A stretch of 64,000 nucleotides of DNA. Origin: an uncultured delta proteobacterium. Lineage in GTDB: Bacteria > Myxococcota_A > Polyangia > Polyangiales > Polyangiaceae. Of this stretch, positions 48,281-58,139 are shown piece after piece (within the stretch, counting starts at the first letter, position 1; each line of letters begins with the position of its first letter). The notes beneath the pieces are model-generated. The model saw only the letters and a list, made by a program, of their open reading frames with translations. It made no database searches and was not told where the DNA came from. Both the position numbers and the translations under genes were made by a program. The DNA is taken from NCBI GenBank assembly GCA_963841435.1, contig CAWJCS010000005.1, positions 32,001 through 96,000 of the forward strand. The letters are read 5' to 3'.

Positions 48281-50100
48281 GGTGCCACCGCCGTGAGACG
48301 AACGTTGCGGAATGCGTCACTTTTCACGATCGCCGCGAGGAGCGAGCGAACGTTGTTGCCCGACGCCGCGAAGGTTTCGTGGATCGCCTGCATGCTGCAG
48401 GCGTCGTCGGCCGACTCCATGCGACCGAGCGCGAAGCGGAACCACTGATTGGCCATGCAGTCGGCGACCGTGCGGCTCGCGGCGAGCTTCTGGCCGAGCT
48501 CGATGGCACCCACGAACCCACCGTCGAGCTCCGGGGCCCCGTCGAGGATCTCGCCGGACGCATCGACGACCATGCCATTTTCCGTGGCCCGGTAGGCGCC
48601 GATGGCGTCGTAGTTCTCGAAGGCGAGCCCGATCGGGTCGATGAGCACGTGGCAGCCGCCACAGACCGGGTCCGCCTCGTGCTGCTCGAAACGCTCGCGC
48701 GTCGTCGTCGCGGGCGTGGGGGCGGGCGGCGTCGTGTTGACGTTCAAGGGCGGCGGATCGAGCGGCTGGCAGAGCATGTTCTCGCGCACCATGATGCCGC
48801 GGTGGACGGGCGAGGTTTGATCGCGATGCGCATGCGCCGTGAGCACGGACGCCTGCGTGAGGATGCCGGAGCGCTCGCCGGGGTTCAGGGCCACCTGCGT
48901 GCCCGGCACGAAGCCCGCCGGCTGGGTAACGCCATAGAGCGCGAAGAGCGGCCCCTCGGGGAACGAGAACGGTGCCGTGAAGAGCGTGCTCATGAGGCCG
49001 TCGCCGCGGCGCACGACGTAGTCGGTGAACGTCGCCGTCTCCTTGGCCATGGCGTCGGCGAGGGTCGGGTTGAAGCTCGGGAACAGCGCCGCGTCCTTGT
49101 CGAGGCCGACGAGCTCCCCGATCCCGAGCCACTGCAGGTGAAACTCGGGGATGGCGTCGCCGGCCTTCGCGTCCGTGAGCATGCGGTCGACCTCGGACGT
49201 GAGCACGGCATCGTTGACGAGCGTGCCGTCGGCGGCCCGGTCGAAGAGCTCCGCATCCGGCATGGTGTCCCAAAGGAAGTACGAGAGCCGCGAGGCGAGC
49301 TCGTACGGCGAGACGGCGCCGGGCGCTGTGCTCGGGGCCATCGATGACCCGCGATCGACGTGATAGAGAAAGAACGGCGACTCGAGCATCGTCGCGACGA
49401 CCAGCTCGAATGCCGTTTCGGGGGTGCCGCGCGCGAGCTCACCCGTGTAGAGCGCGAGGTACTCATCGTGCTCGGCTTGCTCCAGGGGGCGGCGATGCGC
49501 CCGCTCGCCGAAATGGTCGATGAAGGAAGCGGCGCACGTCGTCCCGGTATCCGCGGCGAGATCACAGCCGGCGATCTCGTTCATGCGGGGCATAGCCTGC
49601 TGGGCGAGCGCTGCGGCCACTTCGTCGTGCTGTTGCACCAGCAGATCGGTGATGGGCGCGATGGCGTTGGAGTAGAAGGGACCGATGCGTTCGTCGGGTG
49701 AGATGGCGTCGGCCGGGGTGCCGGTAATCCCGAGGAGGTCACGCACGGTGTGGTTGAATTGGGAGCGCGACATGCGCCGAAGCCGCGTCCGCCCCACGGA
49801 GAGCCCGCCGCCAGGCTGGCACAGCGTGTCGACGCTACCGCCGGAGCCTGCCGTCACGCCGGTGCCGCCCGTCGAGGAGCCGCCCGTCGAAATGCTGCCG
49901 CCGGTGCTCCCGCCCGTGCCACCCGCTGCCATGGCGCCGCCCGTGCCCTGCTGGGAGCCGCCGCTGCCGCCGCCTGGGGCCGTCGCCCCGCTGCCTCCGG
50001 AAGCGGCCGGGACCGCGCTCGAGCCCGGACTTTCGATCGAGCCCTGGCAGCCGAGAGCCCATGCGACGGTCGGGATCAGGAGCGCGTGGAGCTTGGTCAC
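48277..50100 (-). CDS. DUF1587/1595/1592/1588/1585 lipoprotein with c-type heme motif
   Basis: Lipobox ALGC, Gly linker, LRRMSR.QFNHTVRDLLG, SPFFLY, ELASRLSYFLW..MPD, TSPVHRG, CGGCH..IDPIG; ATGA overlap with DUF1552. Confidence 0.88.
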   Translation of the reverse strand: MTKLHALLIPTVAWALGCQGSIESPGSSAVPAASGGSGATAPGGGSGGSQQGTGGAMAAGGTGGSTGGSISTGGSSTGGTGVTAGSGGSVDTLCQPGGGLSVGRTRLRRMSRSQFNHTVRDLLGITGTPADAISPDERIGPFYSNAIAPITDLLVQQHDEVAAALAQQAMPRMNEIAGCDLAADTGTTCAASFIDHFGERAHRRPLEQAEHDEYLALYTGELARGTPETAFELVVATMLESPFFLYHVDRGSSMAPSTAPGAVSPYELASRLSYFLWDTMPDAELFDRAADGTLVNDAVLTSEVDRMLTDAKAGDAIPEFHLQWLGIGELVGLDKDAALFPSFNPTLADAMAKETATFTDYVVRRGDGLMSTLFTAPFSFPEGPLFALYGVTQPAGFVPGTQVALNPGERSGILTQASVLTAHAHRDQTSPVHRGIMVRENMLCQPLDPPPLNVNTTPPAPTPATTTRERFEQHEADPVCGGCHVLIDPIGLAFENYDAIGAYRATENGMVVDASGEILDGAPELDGGFVGAIELGQKLAASRTVADCMANQWFRFALGRMESADDACSMQAIHETFAASGNNVRSLLAAIVKSDAFRNVRLTAVAP

Positions 50101-50108
50101 GCCCCTTG

Positions 50109-50136
50109 ATGGGGCCCGCGATGCGATGAGGGTCGG
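50109..50136 (-). promoter_or_regulatory. Candidate ECF-sigma promoter of the DUF1592-DUF1552 operon
   Basis: Minus strand CCGACCC-N16-CCCAT, 8 nt before GTG 50100; same motif precedes the sigma gene at 51423. Confidence 0.6.
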
Positions 50137-51352
50137 AACATTCGGGCTTCGAAATGGTGATTCTGTCCGTGCGGAACAATTCCGACGAGGGAGCCTCGCG
50201 CGGCTCGTCGGCGCGGCGGTCGGCACGCTGCTCGTCGCGGGGCACGTTGCGGCGCAGCCCCGCGCGGCGCAGCCCGCAAACGCGGGGCCGAGTAGCGCCG
50301 CGACCGGCGACGCGAGCACGAGCGGCGCCACGCCGGAGATGCGCACGCTCCTCGTCGTGCGGCTCGAGGGCGCGCTCGGCGAAGCTCGCGAGGCGGCGCT
50401 CGAAAGCCTGCTGCGCTCCGAGCTTTCGTCCGCCGGCGTCGAGGTGTCGCTCGCGCGCTCGGACGAGCCGAGGCTCGCCTGGACCGCGCGCGCGCGACGC
50501 GATCGGCGCGTGCTCGTGCTCGGAATCCTCGATGCCCGCGACGAGGGCGCCTGGCGGCTCTACGTCATCGACGCCGCTCGCGGCCGGGCCATCGTGCGTC
50601 GGCTGCCGGGCGGGCTCGCAGCCGACGCAGCGGCGCTCGAGGGCGTGTCGGCGATCCTGAGCTCGGCCGTAGCCGCGGTGCGCGAGGGGCTCGAGGTCGC
50701 CTCGGCGCCCGTCGAGGAGGTGGTCGGCGGCTTGCCCGCCGAGAAGCGCGCCGCGTCCCCGCCTCCTCCGGCGCGCGCGCCGCTCGATGACGAGCGCGTG
50801 GAGACGGAGCCGTCTTCGACAGGCGCGCTCTTTCGTCCGTTCGCTGCGGCGCTCGCGCGCGGGTCGACGCTCGCGTCGCGCGTCGTGCCGGGCGGTGCGG
50901 TGCGCCTCGGGCTCTCGCACGGTCGCCTGCGTCTTTCGCTCGACGCGTCGTACGACACGCGCGCCACCGTGACGACTCCGCTCGGCGAGTTCGACCTCGA
51001 GCGCTGGCTTCTCGGCTTGAAGGCGGGCTACGTCCTTCTGCTCGGCGAGCTCTCGCTCGAGCCGCGCCTCGGCACGGGTGCCGAGCTCCTGAGCCGCCGC
51101 GGCACGATGCCGGAGGCCGGCGTCAGCGCGAGCGGCGATCGCTCCTACGCGCGCTTCACGGCGTTCGCCGGCGTGTGGCTCGGCGTGCCGCTCGGCGCCG
51201 CCGTCGCCCTGGAGCTCGGCGCCGAAGCCGCCTTCGCCCCGCGCAAGGTCCGGTTCGTCACCGAAAGCGGGGCGGAGCTCGACTCGCTGTCGCGCTTCAC
51301 CGGCGTGGCGGCGGCGGGCCTGGTGTTCGGCGCGAGCGGGTACCGGCGCTAG
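50126..51352 (+). CDS. ECF-cassette protein: signal, periplasmic alpha/beta domain, Pro-rich linker, small OM beta-barrel (start uncertain)
   Basis: Signal-like RRGSLARLVGAAVGTLLVAGHVAA|Q; SPPPP linker; amphipathic strands ending AAAGLVF; same layout as 25637..26701. Confidence 0.65.
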   Translation: MRVGTFGLRNGDSVRAEQFRRGSLARLVGAAVGTLLVAGHVAAQPRAAQPANAGPSSAATGDASTSGATPEMRTLLVVRLEGALGEAREAALESLLRSELSSAGVEVSLARSDEPRLAWTARARRDRRVLVLGILDARDEGAWRLYVIDAARGRAIVRRLPGGLAADAAALEGVSAILSSAVAAVREGLEVASAPVEEVVGGLPAEKRAASPPPPARAPLDDERVETEPSSTGALFRPFAAALARGSTLASRVVPGGAVRLGLSHGRLRLSLDASYDTRATVTTPLGEFDLERWLLGLKAGYVLLLGELSLEPRLGTGAELLSRRGTMPEAGVSASGDRSYARFTAFAGVWLGVPLGAAVALELGAEAAFAPRKVRFVTESGAELDSLSRFTGVAAAGLVFGASGYRR

Positions 51353-51422
51353 GAGCGCCCCCTTCGGAAAGCGGGTGCGGCACCCGGAAACCCGAGGAAT
51401 GCAGCAGGGCTTGCGCTTTGTG

Positions 51423-51450
51423 CCGACCCGGGAAAGGCCCTGGGGCCCAT
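51423..51450 (+). promoter_or_regulatory. Candidate autoregulatory ECF-sigma promoter
   Basis: CCGACCC(51423-29)-N16-CCCAT(51446-50), 12 nt before the sigma GTG. Confidence 0.6.
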
Positions 51451-51462
51451 AATCAGAGAAGC

Positions 51463-52044
51463 GTGGACGTGCCGTTCCAGAGCCCCCCCGACGGTGACCG
51501 GGACCTCGACCTCATGGCGAGCGTTGCACGGCGGGAGCCCGCCGCGGAGCGAGCGATGGTCGAGCGGCTCTCGGGCCGGGTGCGCCGCCTTGCGCGCCTG
51601 CTCGCCGGCACGACGGTGGATGCCGACGACGCCGCGCAGATGTCGCTGCTCGAGATCCTGCGCTCCGCATCCGGTTTTCGTGTCGCGATGAGTCTCGAGC
51701 GTTGGGCGGACCGCATCACGGTCCGCACGACGCGCCGGCTCGTCCGCCGGGAGGTCGAGCACCGGGGGCTTCTGGCGCGCTGGGTGCCACCGGGGGCCCT
51801 GCCCTGGGGCCGCCGCGAGGCTCCGAGCCCGGAGCGGCTCGGTCTCGAGGCGTTTCTCGAGCGCCTCTCCCCCGAGCGGCGCGAGGCGCTCGTGATGCGC
51901 CACACGCTCGAGTACAGCGTGGAGGAGATCGCCGAGCTCACAGGGGCGCCAATCGGCACCGTGAAGGACCGCCTGGTGTCGGCGCGCAAGGAGCTCCGGC
52001 GCGCCCTCGAGCGCGAGGCCGCGCGCGGCGGGAGGCGGTCATGA
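51463..52044 (+). CDS. ECF RNA polymerase sigma factor
   Basis: DADDAAQ..LLEILRS..GFR....ERWADRI; region 4 EYSVEEIAELTGAPIGTVKDRL. Confidence 0.88.
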   Translation: MDVPFQSPPDGDRDLDLMASVARREPAAERAMVERLSGRVRRLARLLAGTTVDADDAAQMSLLEILRSASGFRVAMSLERWADRITVRTTRRLVRREVEHRGLLARWVPPGALPWGRREAPSPERLGLEAFLERLSPERREALVMRHTLEYSVEEIAELTGAPIGTVKDRLVSARKELRRALEREAARGGRRS

Positions 52045-53594
52045 CGGACCGGCGCAGCTGGGAGGCGTTGCAGAATCGCTGGGCGGCGGGCGAGACCCTG
52101 TCGGCGGAAGAGGAGCGCGAGCGCCTGTCTTACGCCGACTTCGACGCGCTCGCGCGCCGAGAGCTCGAGCTCTTGGCCGAGCTCTCGGGAGAGCTGAGCG
52201 CCCCCGAAGGCGAGCCGCAAAACCTCGCGCTCGCGCTCGCCGGAGCGCGGGGCGTGCGGCTGCGCGTGCTCGGTCCCGAAGGCGATTCGAAGCCCGCACA
52301 AGGGCGCAGGCGGGGCCGGCGCGCGGCGCTCGTCGGCGCGGGAGTCGCCGTCGCGGCGGCGGCAGCGACCGTCGTGTGGGTCTCTCGGCCACGACCCAGC
52401 GAGCCGGTCGCCGTCTCGGTGCCGCCGCGAGCGCCCGTTGTCGCGCCGGCACCGCGGAGCCTCGCCCGCTCCGAGCTCGTCTTCGCGAGCGGCAGCGTGA
52501 CGCTCGACGGAAAGCCGATGACGCTCGGCAGCGGGACGCTGCACGCGGGCGCCGAGCTTCGTACGGCCGAGGGCCGCGCCTGCCTCACCATCGATCCGAG
52601 CATCGACGTGTGCCTCGACGCGCAGAGCGCCGTCAGGCTCGAGTCGCTCGACCAGACGGCGCTCACGGTGCGCGTCACGGCGGGGACCGCGGTCGCCGCG
52701 CTCGCCCCGCGCAAGAGGGGACGTTTCGCGCTCGTCGGAGGCGACGTCGTGGCGACCGCTCACGGCACGGTGTTCGCGATTTCCCGGGAACCTTCGGGCA
52801 GCGCCACGCGGGTGACCGTCATGGAGGGGGAGGTCGCCGTGCAGCGCGGGCGCGGGCAGGTCTCGCTCGTCGAAGCGCATTCGGGCGTCGAGCTCGCGGG
52901 CGATCGCAGCGGCCCCCCGACGATCGTGGGTCGCGGCGAGGAGGCTCGCCTCTACGCGCTGCTCTCGCCCCGCGAGCTCTGGCAGGGTGGCAACGTGGGC
53001 GTGCTCGAAGTGGTCCAGGCGAGCCCCGGCGACCGCGTGCTCGTCGATCAGCTCGGGCCGTTCGAGATGCCGCTCGGCGTGTACGTCGGCAGCGGGCGAC
53101 ATCGGATCACGCTGCGCAGCGCCGAGAGCCCCGAGCGCGGGCTCGACGTCGACGTCGAGGCGGGCGGCACCCGGCACCTGACGCGCGCCGAGCTCGACGG
53201 CGGCGCGAGCACGACGCCGGCCTCGGCCTCGGCGCTGCTCGACCAAGCGCGCAAGCAGCTCGCCGCCGGCAACCGCCGCGCGGCCCTCGCGGCGTATCGC
53301 GAGCTCGGGCGCGCCTTCCCGAAGAGCTCGGAAGCAATCACGGTGCTCGTCACGCTCGGCAAGCTCGAGCTCGAGCTCGGCGCGCCCGAACGCGCCCTCG
53401 GCGCCTTCGACGCCTACATCGCCCACGGAGGTCCACTGCTTCCCGAGGCCTTTTCGGGCCGCGTCCGCGCGCTCCGGGCGCTCGGTCGCCGCACCGAGGA
53501 GCGGCGTGCCATCGAGCAATACCTCGGGCGCTACCCGACAGGGTTCGAAGCGCCTACGCTCCGGCAACGCCTCGCCGCGCTCTCTTCCGGATGA
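52041..53594 (+). CDS. Putative anti-sigma: TM, FecR-like domain, PEGA-like segment, TPR domain
   Basis: ATGA overlap; TM ALVGAGVAVAAAAATVVWV; AHGTVF...VTVMEGEVAV FecR motif; YRELGRAFPKS and YLGRYPTG TPR-like ends. Confidence 0.8.
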   Translation: MTDRRSWEALQNRWAAGETLSAEEERERLSYADFDALARRELELLAELSGELSAPEGEPQNLALALAGARGVRLRVLGPEGDSKPAQGRRRGRRAALVGAGVAVAAAAATVVWVSRPRPSEPVAVSVPPRAPVVAPAPRSLARSELVFASGSVTLDGKPMTLGSGTLHAGAELRTAEGRACLTIDPSIDVCLDAQSAVRLESLDQTALTVRVTAGTAVAALAPRKRGRFALVGGDVVATAHGTVFAISREPSGSATRVTVMEGEVAVQRGRGQVSLVEAHSGVELAGDRSGPPTIVGRGEEARLYALLSPRELWQGGNVGVLEVVQASPGDRVLVDQLGPFEMPLGVYVGSGRHRITLRSAESPERGLDVDVEAGGTRHLTRAELDGGASTTPASASALLDQARKQLAAGNRRAALAAYRELGRAFPKSSEAITVLVTLGKLELELGAPERALGAFDAYIAHGGPLLPEAFSGRVRALRALGRRTEERRAIEQYLGRYPTGFEAPTLRQRLAALSSG

Positions 53595-55198
53595 CACCGC
53601 CGCGCCAAGCGCTGCTGGCCGCGCTCCTCGGTGCGAGCCTCGCTGCGTGCGGACCGCTAAAAGACGAGGTCTTCGCCTCCCGCGTCCTCGATCATACCGG
53701 GGAGCCGCTCGAGCTCGTGGAGGGCGCCGGCACCGTCGAGATCCCGCTCCTGCTCGCGACGGCGCCGGCCGAGACCGTGTCCGCGCGCTACCATTTCGCG
53801 GAGCTCGAGGCGCAGTCGACCTGCCAGTCGCCCGATTTCTCGTCCCCCGACGGTCGCGTCGTGTGGCCCGCGGGTCAACGGCGGGCCACGGTGAGCCTCC
53901 TCGTGCGCGACGACAATCTGCCGGAGCTCGACGAAGCGCTGAGCCTCGTGCTCGACGATTTCTCGGGCGCTGGCCTGCACGGCAGCGACACCGTACGGCT
54001 CGTGATCCTCGACGACGACCGGACGGGCATCATAGACGCGCGTGCGGAAAGCGGCCTCTTGCCCGGCGTCGCGAGCGATCAGGCCGGGGCGCTCGGCGAC
54101 GCGCTCGCTCGCGCCGCCGCGCTCGGACGCGGCGTCGTGTGGGTCGCGCCCGGCGACTACGAGGTCTCGGGCGTGACGCTGCCCGTCGGCGTGACACTTT
54201 CGGGGCGCGGCGCGACGCTGCACCGTCCGGCGTCGTCGCCGGGCACGACGGTCGGCATCGGCGCAAGCTACCGGGACGACATCGACTCGCCCGCGACGCT
54301 GATCGAAGGCCTGACGCTCGACGGCCGGCGCGACGAGCAGGGGCCCTTCGAGAACGACCAGCTCACCGACGCCCACCTCGTTTCGCTCCGCGGCGACCCC
54401 GAGCGCGCGGGGCAACTTCGCGTGACGCTCGAATCGCTCGGGCTCGAATCGAGCACGGCGAGCGGTGTCTTTCTGGGCCCGGGCGTCAACGCCACGCTCT
54501 GCCGCCTGCACGGCGCGGATCTCTGGCGCAACGTCGTGACGCTGCGCGGCGGGCACACGCGCGTCGATGCCCGCGAGCTAGACGCGAGCGCGAGTCTCGG
54601 TACCACGGGCCTGTGGTTCGACGGCCAGCCCGCGGGCTTCGGCGGCACGCACCGCATCAACGTCACGGTGCGCGACACGCAGCTCGCGAGCGGCGACCTC
54701 GAAATCGAAGCCTACGACGGCTCGACGATCGAGCTCGACCGCTTCAGCATGGCGCGCGGCCCGCTGAGGCTCCAGGCCCCGGACGCGACCGTGACCATCA
54801 CCGACTCGGTGCTGCAAGCGGGCCTACCGAGCGCCGTGCACAACTTCTTCGGCTTACCGCACGACGTGACGCTCACGCGCACGACGCTCGTCGCCACCGA
54901 AACCGACGACGGCGGCCTCGAAACGGTCGACGCCGACCGAACGCTCGCCGTCTCCACGGTTCGCTGGGAGCTCATGTCGAACATGGAGCTGCCGCCGCTT
55001 CTCCCGGCCGCGTCGCCGCCGCATCGAATCGTGTTCGATCAATGCACGTTCCTGCGTGGCCCCGACGTCGAAACGACGGACACCGTGTACGGCGTCGCGA
55101 CGGAGGGCAGAGGCGGATCGGTCGTCGTGCGCGCCCCCGTGCTCGATGCAAACGTCGAGGCACTGTCGCCGAGCTGTGACGGCTGCACGCTCGAGTGA
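53591..55198 (+). CDS. Lipoprotein with Calx-beta-like domain and pectin-lyase-like beta-helix
   Basis: Lipobox LAAC; DF....G.V.WPAGQ....V.LLVRDD..PELDE.L.L.L...VILDDD Calx-beta pattern; VWVAPGDY, GVTLSGRGA and IEGLTLDG beta-helix start. Confidence 0.7.
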   Translation: MTPPRQALLAALLGASLAACGPLKDEVFASRVLDHTGEPLELVEGAGTVEIPLLLATAPAETVSARYHFAELEAQSTCQSPDFSSPDGRVVWPAGQRRATVSLLVRDDNLPELDEALSLVLDDFSGAGLHGSDTVRLVILDDDRTGIIDARAESGLLPGVASDQAGALGDALARAAALGRGVVWVAPGDYEVSGVTLPVGVTLSGRGATLHRPASSPGTTVGIGASYRDDIDSPATLIEGLTLDGRRDEQGPFENDQLTDAHLVSLRGDPERAGQLRVTLESLGLESSTASGVFLGPGVNATLCRLHGADLWRNVVTLRGGHTRVDARELDASASLGTTGLWFDGQPAGFGGTHRINVTVRDTQLASGDLEIEAYDGSTIELDRFSMARGPLRLQAPDATVTITDSVLQAGLPSAVHNFFGLPHDVTLTRTTLVATETDDGGLETVDADRTLAVSTVRWELMSNMELPPLLPAASPPHRIVFDQCTFLRGPDVETTDTVYGVATEGRGGSVVVRAPVLDANVEALSPSCDGCTLE

Positions 55199-55310
55199 GC
55201 CTTCGAACGCGGCCGCCTGCCGGCCGGTCCCGCTCCGTGAGCCGTGATTTTCGGGGGTTACACGAGATACTGTTCACGCGTTCAGCGCTCTGATATCGAG
55301 GGGCAGAGCC

Positions 55311-55640
55311 ATGGAAGACCACGCATTGCCACTCGTTCCGTTTTTCGCGGCCCGCGCCACCGACGGGTCGCGGATCACTCGCTACGCCGTGGGCCTCGAA
55401 AAGGTCCCCGCCGACTTTTTCGCCGACCCGGACGGCGTCTGGACCTTCGAGGGGCTCGCGCAGTCAGCGGGTTTTGCCCTCGACGCCGGCGTCGCCATCG
55501 GCGCGCTGCGCCACGCGTTCAACGGCCACCCGGCGGGCGCCGCCGTCGTCACGCTGAACCGTGCCGCGCGCCCCTACGTCGCGATCGTCGAGTGCCCGGT
55601 CGCCGTCGCACTCGAGCCGCGCGCCGCGTCCGCAGCGTGA
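55311..55640 (+). CDS. Small hypothetical protein
   Basis: GAGGGG RBS, high-GC3 codon pattern, fills the intergenic gap. Confidence 0.55.
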   Translation: MEDHALPLVPFFAARATDGSRITRYAVGLEKVPADFFADPDGVWTFEGLAQSAGFALDAGVAIGALRHAFNGHPAGAAVVTLNRAARPYVAIVECPVAVALEPRAASAA

Positions 55641-55730
55641 AGCGCGCGTTCGACTCTCCCGCCGATCGCGATCGAGGCTTTCGAGGTCGCCCGGCCCGAG
55701 AACCGCCGCGGCCCGCGCCGTCATGGCCGC

Positions 55731-57458
55731 TCACGCCGCGTCGGCTTCGAGCTGGTTGAAGAGCGGTGCGAGCTCGGGGCGGCGGCGCAGCGGCGCGCAG
55801 AAGCGCGTTGCGATCTCGAGGAGCTTCGTTTCGAGCTCGTCGGCGCGTTTGCCGAGCTCGCCGATCGACTTCTCGCGTGCAGCGGTCTCCTTTTCGAGGG
55901 TTTCCTCGTGATTGGCGAGCGCGGCACGGAGCGCCTCGATCTGATATTCGATGTCGGTCACTTCGCTTCTTCGCGCGGCGACGCGCGCATCGGCCTGGCG
56001 CAAGTCCTCGCGCTGAATCACCCAGCCGTCGACGATGTCCGCCGCGGCTCGGTACGCCTGCGCAAGCTCCGGGTACGGCTCCTGGAATGCCGAGCGGCCC
56101 TCCCAGCGCATGATCTCCGCGTGCGCGCGCAGGAGAAGCGCCCGTGGTCCCTCGAGCGCCTGGCGCACGTTCGCCGCGGCCGCGGTCGCCGTCTTGAGCT
56201 CGTCACGGGCCTTGCTAAGGTCGATGCCGAGCGCGTCAACGGCATGACCGAAGCGCTGGCGTGAGTCGCGGCCGCGCGCCTCGATCGACTCGAGCGCACG
56301 CTGTTCGTCGACGGCGCGCCCGCGGATCTCGCTGATCTTTTGCACGAGCCCCTTCACTTCCGCGAGCGCGCTCACGAGATCCTCCGGGCGCTGAGCGCCG
56401 AACGCGGCATCGAGCATTTGGTCGAAGACGGCCGTGCGCTTGACCCAGCGGTCGATGGCAACGGGCGGCAAGGTCTTCGCGGGGCCGCGCGAGCTTTCGC
56501 CTACCTCGTCGATCTCGGCCGGGACGCGAACGCCGAGCGCGCCGGCGATGCGCAAGAGGTCGTTGTGGACGCGATGCGCGTCGACGGGCCGATCTTTGGG
56601 GTCCTTCGCCAAGAGATCGCTCACGAGGCGATCGAGCTCGGCGGGCACACTCGGGTCCCGCTGCCGCAGCGGAATGGGCTTCTCCTTGAGATGCTTGACG
56701 AAGAAAGTCGCGACGTCGTCCGCGTCGAACGGCAGCTGCCCGCAGAGCATCTCGTAGAGCATGACGCCGAGCGCGTAGAGGTCCGCGGACGGCCCGGCGT
56801 CGATCGACGTGATGCGCTCTGGGGCCATGTACTGGGGCGTACCGAACACCTCGCCGGCGCCCGTGAGCCGTACGTCCTGCATCGACCGGGCGATGCCGAA
56901 ATCGAGGAGCTTCACGAAGTCGCTACCGTCCTCGGCCTCGGCGAGGAACACGTTCTCGGGCTTCAAGTCGCGGTGGATCACCTCGAGGTCGTGGGCGCGA
57001 GCGAGCGCGCGCGCGATCTGAATCGTGATGGGGAGCGTGCGCTCGAGCGGGACCTTGCCGCGCACGACCGCGTCGGCGAGCGTTTCGCCGTCGAGCAGCT
57101 CCATGACGAGAAATAGGCTGCCGTCGGGCAGCTCGCCCTGATCGAAGATCTCGATGATGTTGGGGTGGCCGAGCTTCTGTGCTGCCTTGGCCTCGCGACG
57201 GAAGCGCTCGCGGATCACCACGTTCTTGGCGAGCGCCGCGTTCATGATCTTGACGGCGCACGGCCGGTCGACGAGCCGGTGCCTGGCGGCGTACACGGTC
57301 GCCATCCCGCCTTCGCCGATGGCGGCCTCTAGCTGGTATCTTCCCGCCACGGTGAGCCCGATCCGCGGGTCCTGCACCGCTTCGAGCGGCGAGCCACACA
57401 GAAAGCAGGCCGCCGTGTCGTCGGGGAAGCTCAGCTTGCAGCGCTGGCAAGCCTTCAT
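55731..57458 (-). CDS. Cytoplasmic Ser/Thr kinase with N-terminal zinc ribbon and C-terminal coiled coil
   Basis: CQRC...[35 protein letters not shown]; heptad-rich C-terminus, no TM. Confidence 0.92.
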   Translation of the reverse strand: MKACQRCKLSFPDDTAACFLCGSPLEAVQDPRIGLTVAGRYQLEAAIGEGGMATVYAARHRLVDRPCAVKIMNAALAKNVVIRERFRREAKAAQKLGHPNIIEIFDQGELPDGSLFLVMELLDGETLADAVVRGKVPLERTLPITIQIARALARAHDLEVIHRDLKPENVFLAEAEDGSDFVKLLDFGIARSMQDVRLTGAGEVFGTPQYMAPERITSIDAGPSADLYALGVMLYEMLCGQLPFDADDVATFFVKHLKEKPIPLRQRDPSVPAELDRLVSDLLAKDPKDRPVDAHRVHNDLLRIAGALGVRVPAEIDEVGESSRGPAKTLPPVAIDRWVKRTAVFDQMLDAAFGAQRPEDLVSALAEVKGLVQKISEIRGRAVDEQRALESIEARGRDSRQRFGHAVDALGIDLSKARDELKTATAAAANVRQALEGPRALLLRAHAEIMRWEGRSAFQEPYPELAQAYRAAADIVDGWVIQREDLRQADARVAARRSEVTDIEYQIEALRAALANHEETLEKETAAREKSIGELGKRADELETKLLEIATRFCAPLRRRPELAPLFNQLEADAA

Positions 57459-57559
57459 GGCAAGGGATGCATCATCGCGCGAGGACCGCGCAACTGCCAC
57501 GGCGACGGCACACGCGCGATATTGTTCTTTGATTTCGAGCGGTTGAAGAACTCAACTTT

Positions 57560-57600
57560 CCTTCACAATCTCGCGCGCACGCCCTTCACGTTGGGTTTGC
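57560..57600 (+). promoter_or_regulatory. Possible OmpR/CpxR-type direct-repeat operator
   Basis: CCTTCAC at 57560 and 57583, then TTTGC 11 nt after the second TTCAC; upstream of the Spy-like gene. Confidence 0.35.
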
Positions 57601-57656
57601 AGGTTCTCTTCGACGGGCTCGCAGGGTGCGAGACCCGAAAACGAGGAGACAATCTC

Positions 57657-58124
57657 ATGTTCGGTTTCTTTTTCGGTACGGCGTGCTTGCTCGGCCTGGT
57701 GGCCGTGGTCGCACGTGGAAGGCGGCATCGGTACCACCGTTTCGGGTACGGCCGCCATGGCGGTTTCGGTCCGCGCGGCGCCGTGAACGCCGTGCTGTCC
57801 AGGCTCGACACGGGGCCCGGCCAGGAGAAGGTGATTCAACAAGCCGTCGACGACTTCGTCGCGCACGCGCGCGAGTCGGGGCGCGAGGTTCGCGGCACGC
57901 GGCGCGACATCGCCGAAGCGGTGCGCGGTGACCGCGTCGACGAGGCACGCCTGAACGAGGTGTTCGACCGCCACGACGCCGCGCTCTCGGGCCTGCGCGC
58001 CGCCGGCGTCGAAACGATGCGCAAGATCCACGAAGCTCTCGACGAACGGCAGCGCAAGATCCTCGCCGATCTCGTCGAGTCCGGACCGCACTACGGCTTT
58101 TACGGGCGTGGCTACGCCTGCTGA
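57657..58124 (+). CDS. Spy/CpxP-like (periplasmic heavy-metal sensor-like) helical protein
   Basis: GAGGAG RBS; N-terminal hydrophobic segment; L.RLD..P.Q and IHEALDERQR..LADL LTxxQ-like repeats. Confidence 0.72.
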   Translation: MFGFFFGTACLLGLVAVVARGRRHRYHRFGYGRHGGFGPRGAVNAVLSRLDTGPGQEKVIQQAVDDFVAHARESGREVRGTRRDIAEAVRGDRVDEARLNEVFDRHDAALSGLRAAGVETMRKIHEALDERQRKILADLVESGPHYGFYGRGYAC

Positions 58125-58139
58125 CCACGGAGGTATCCC

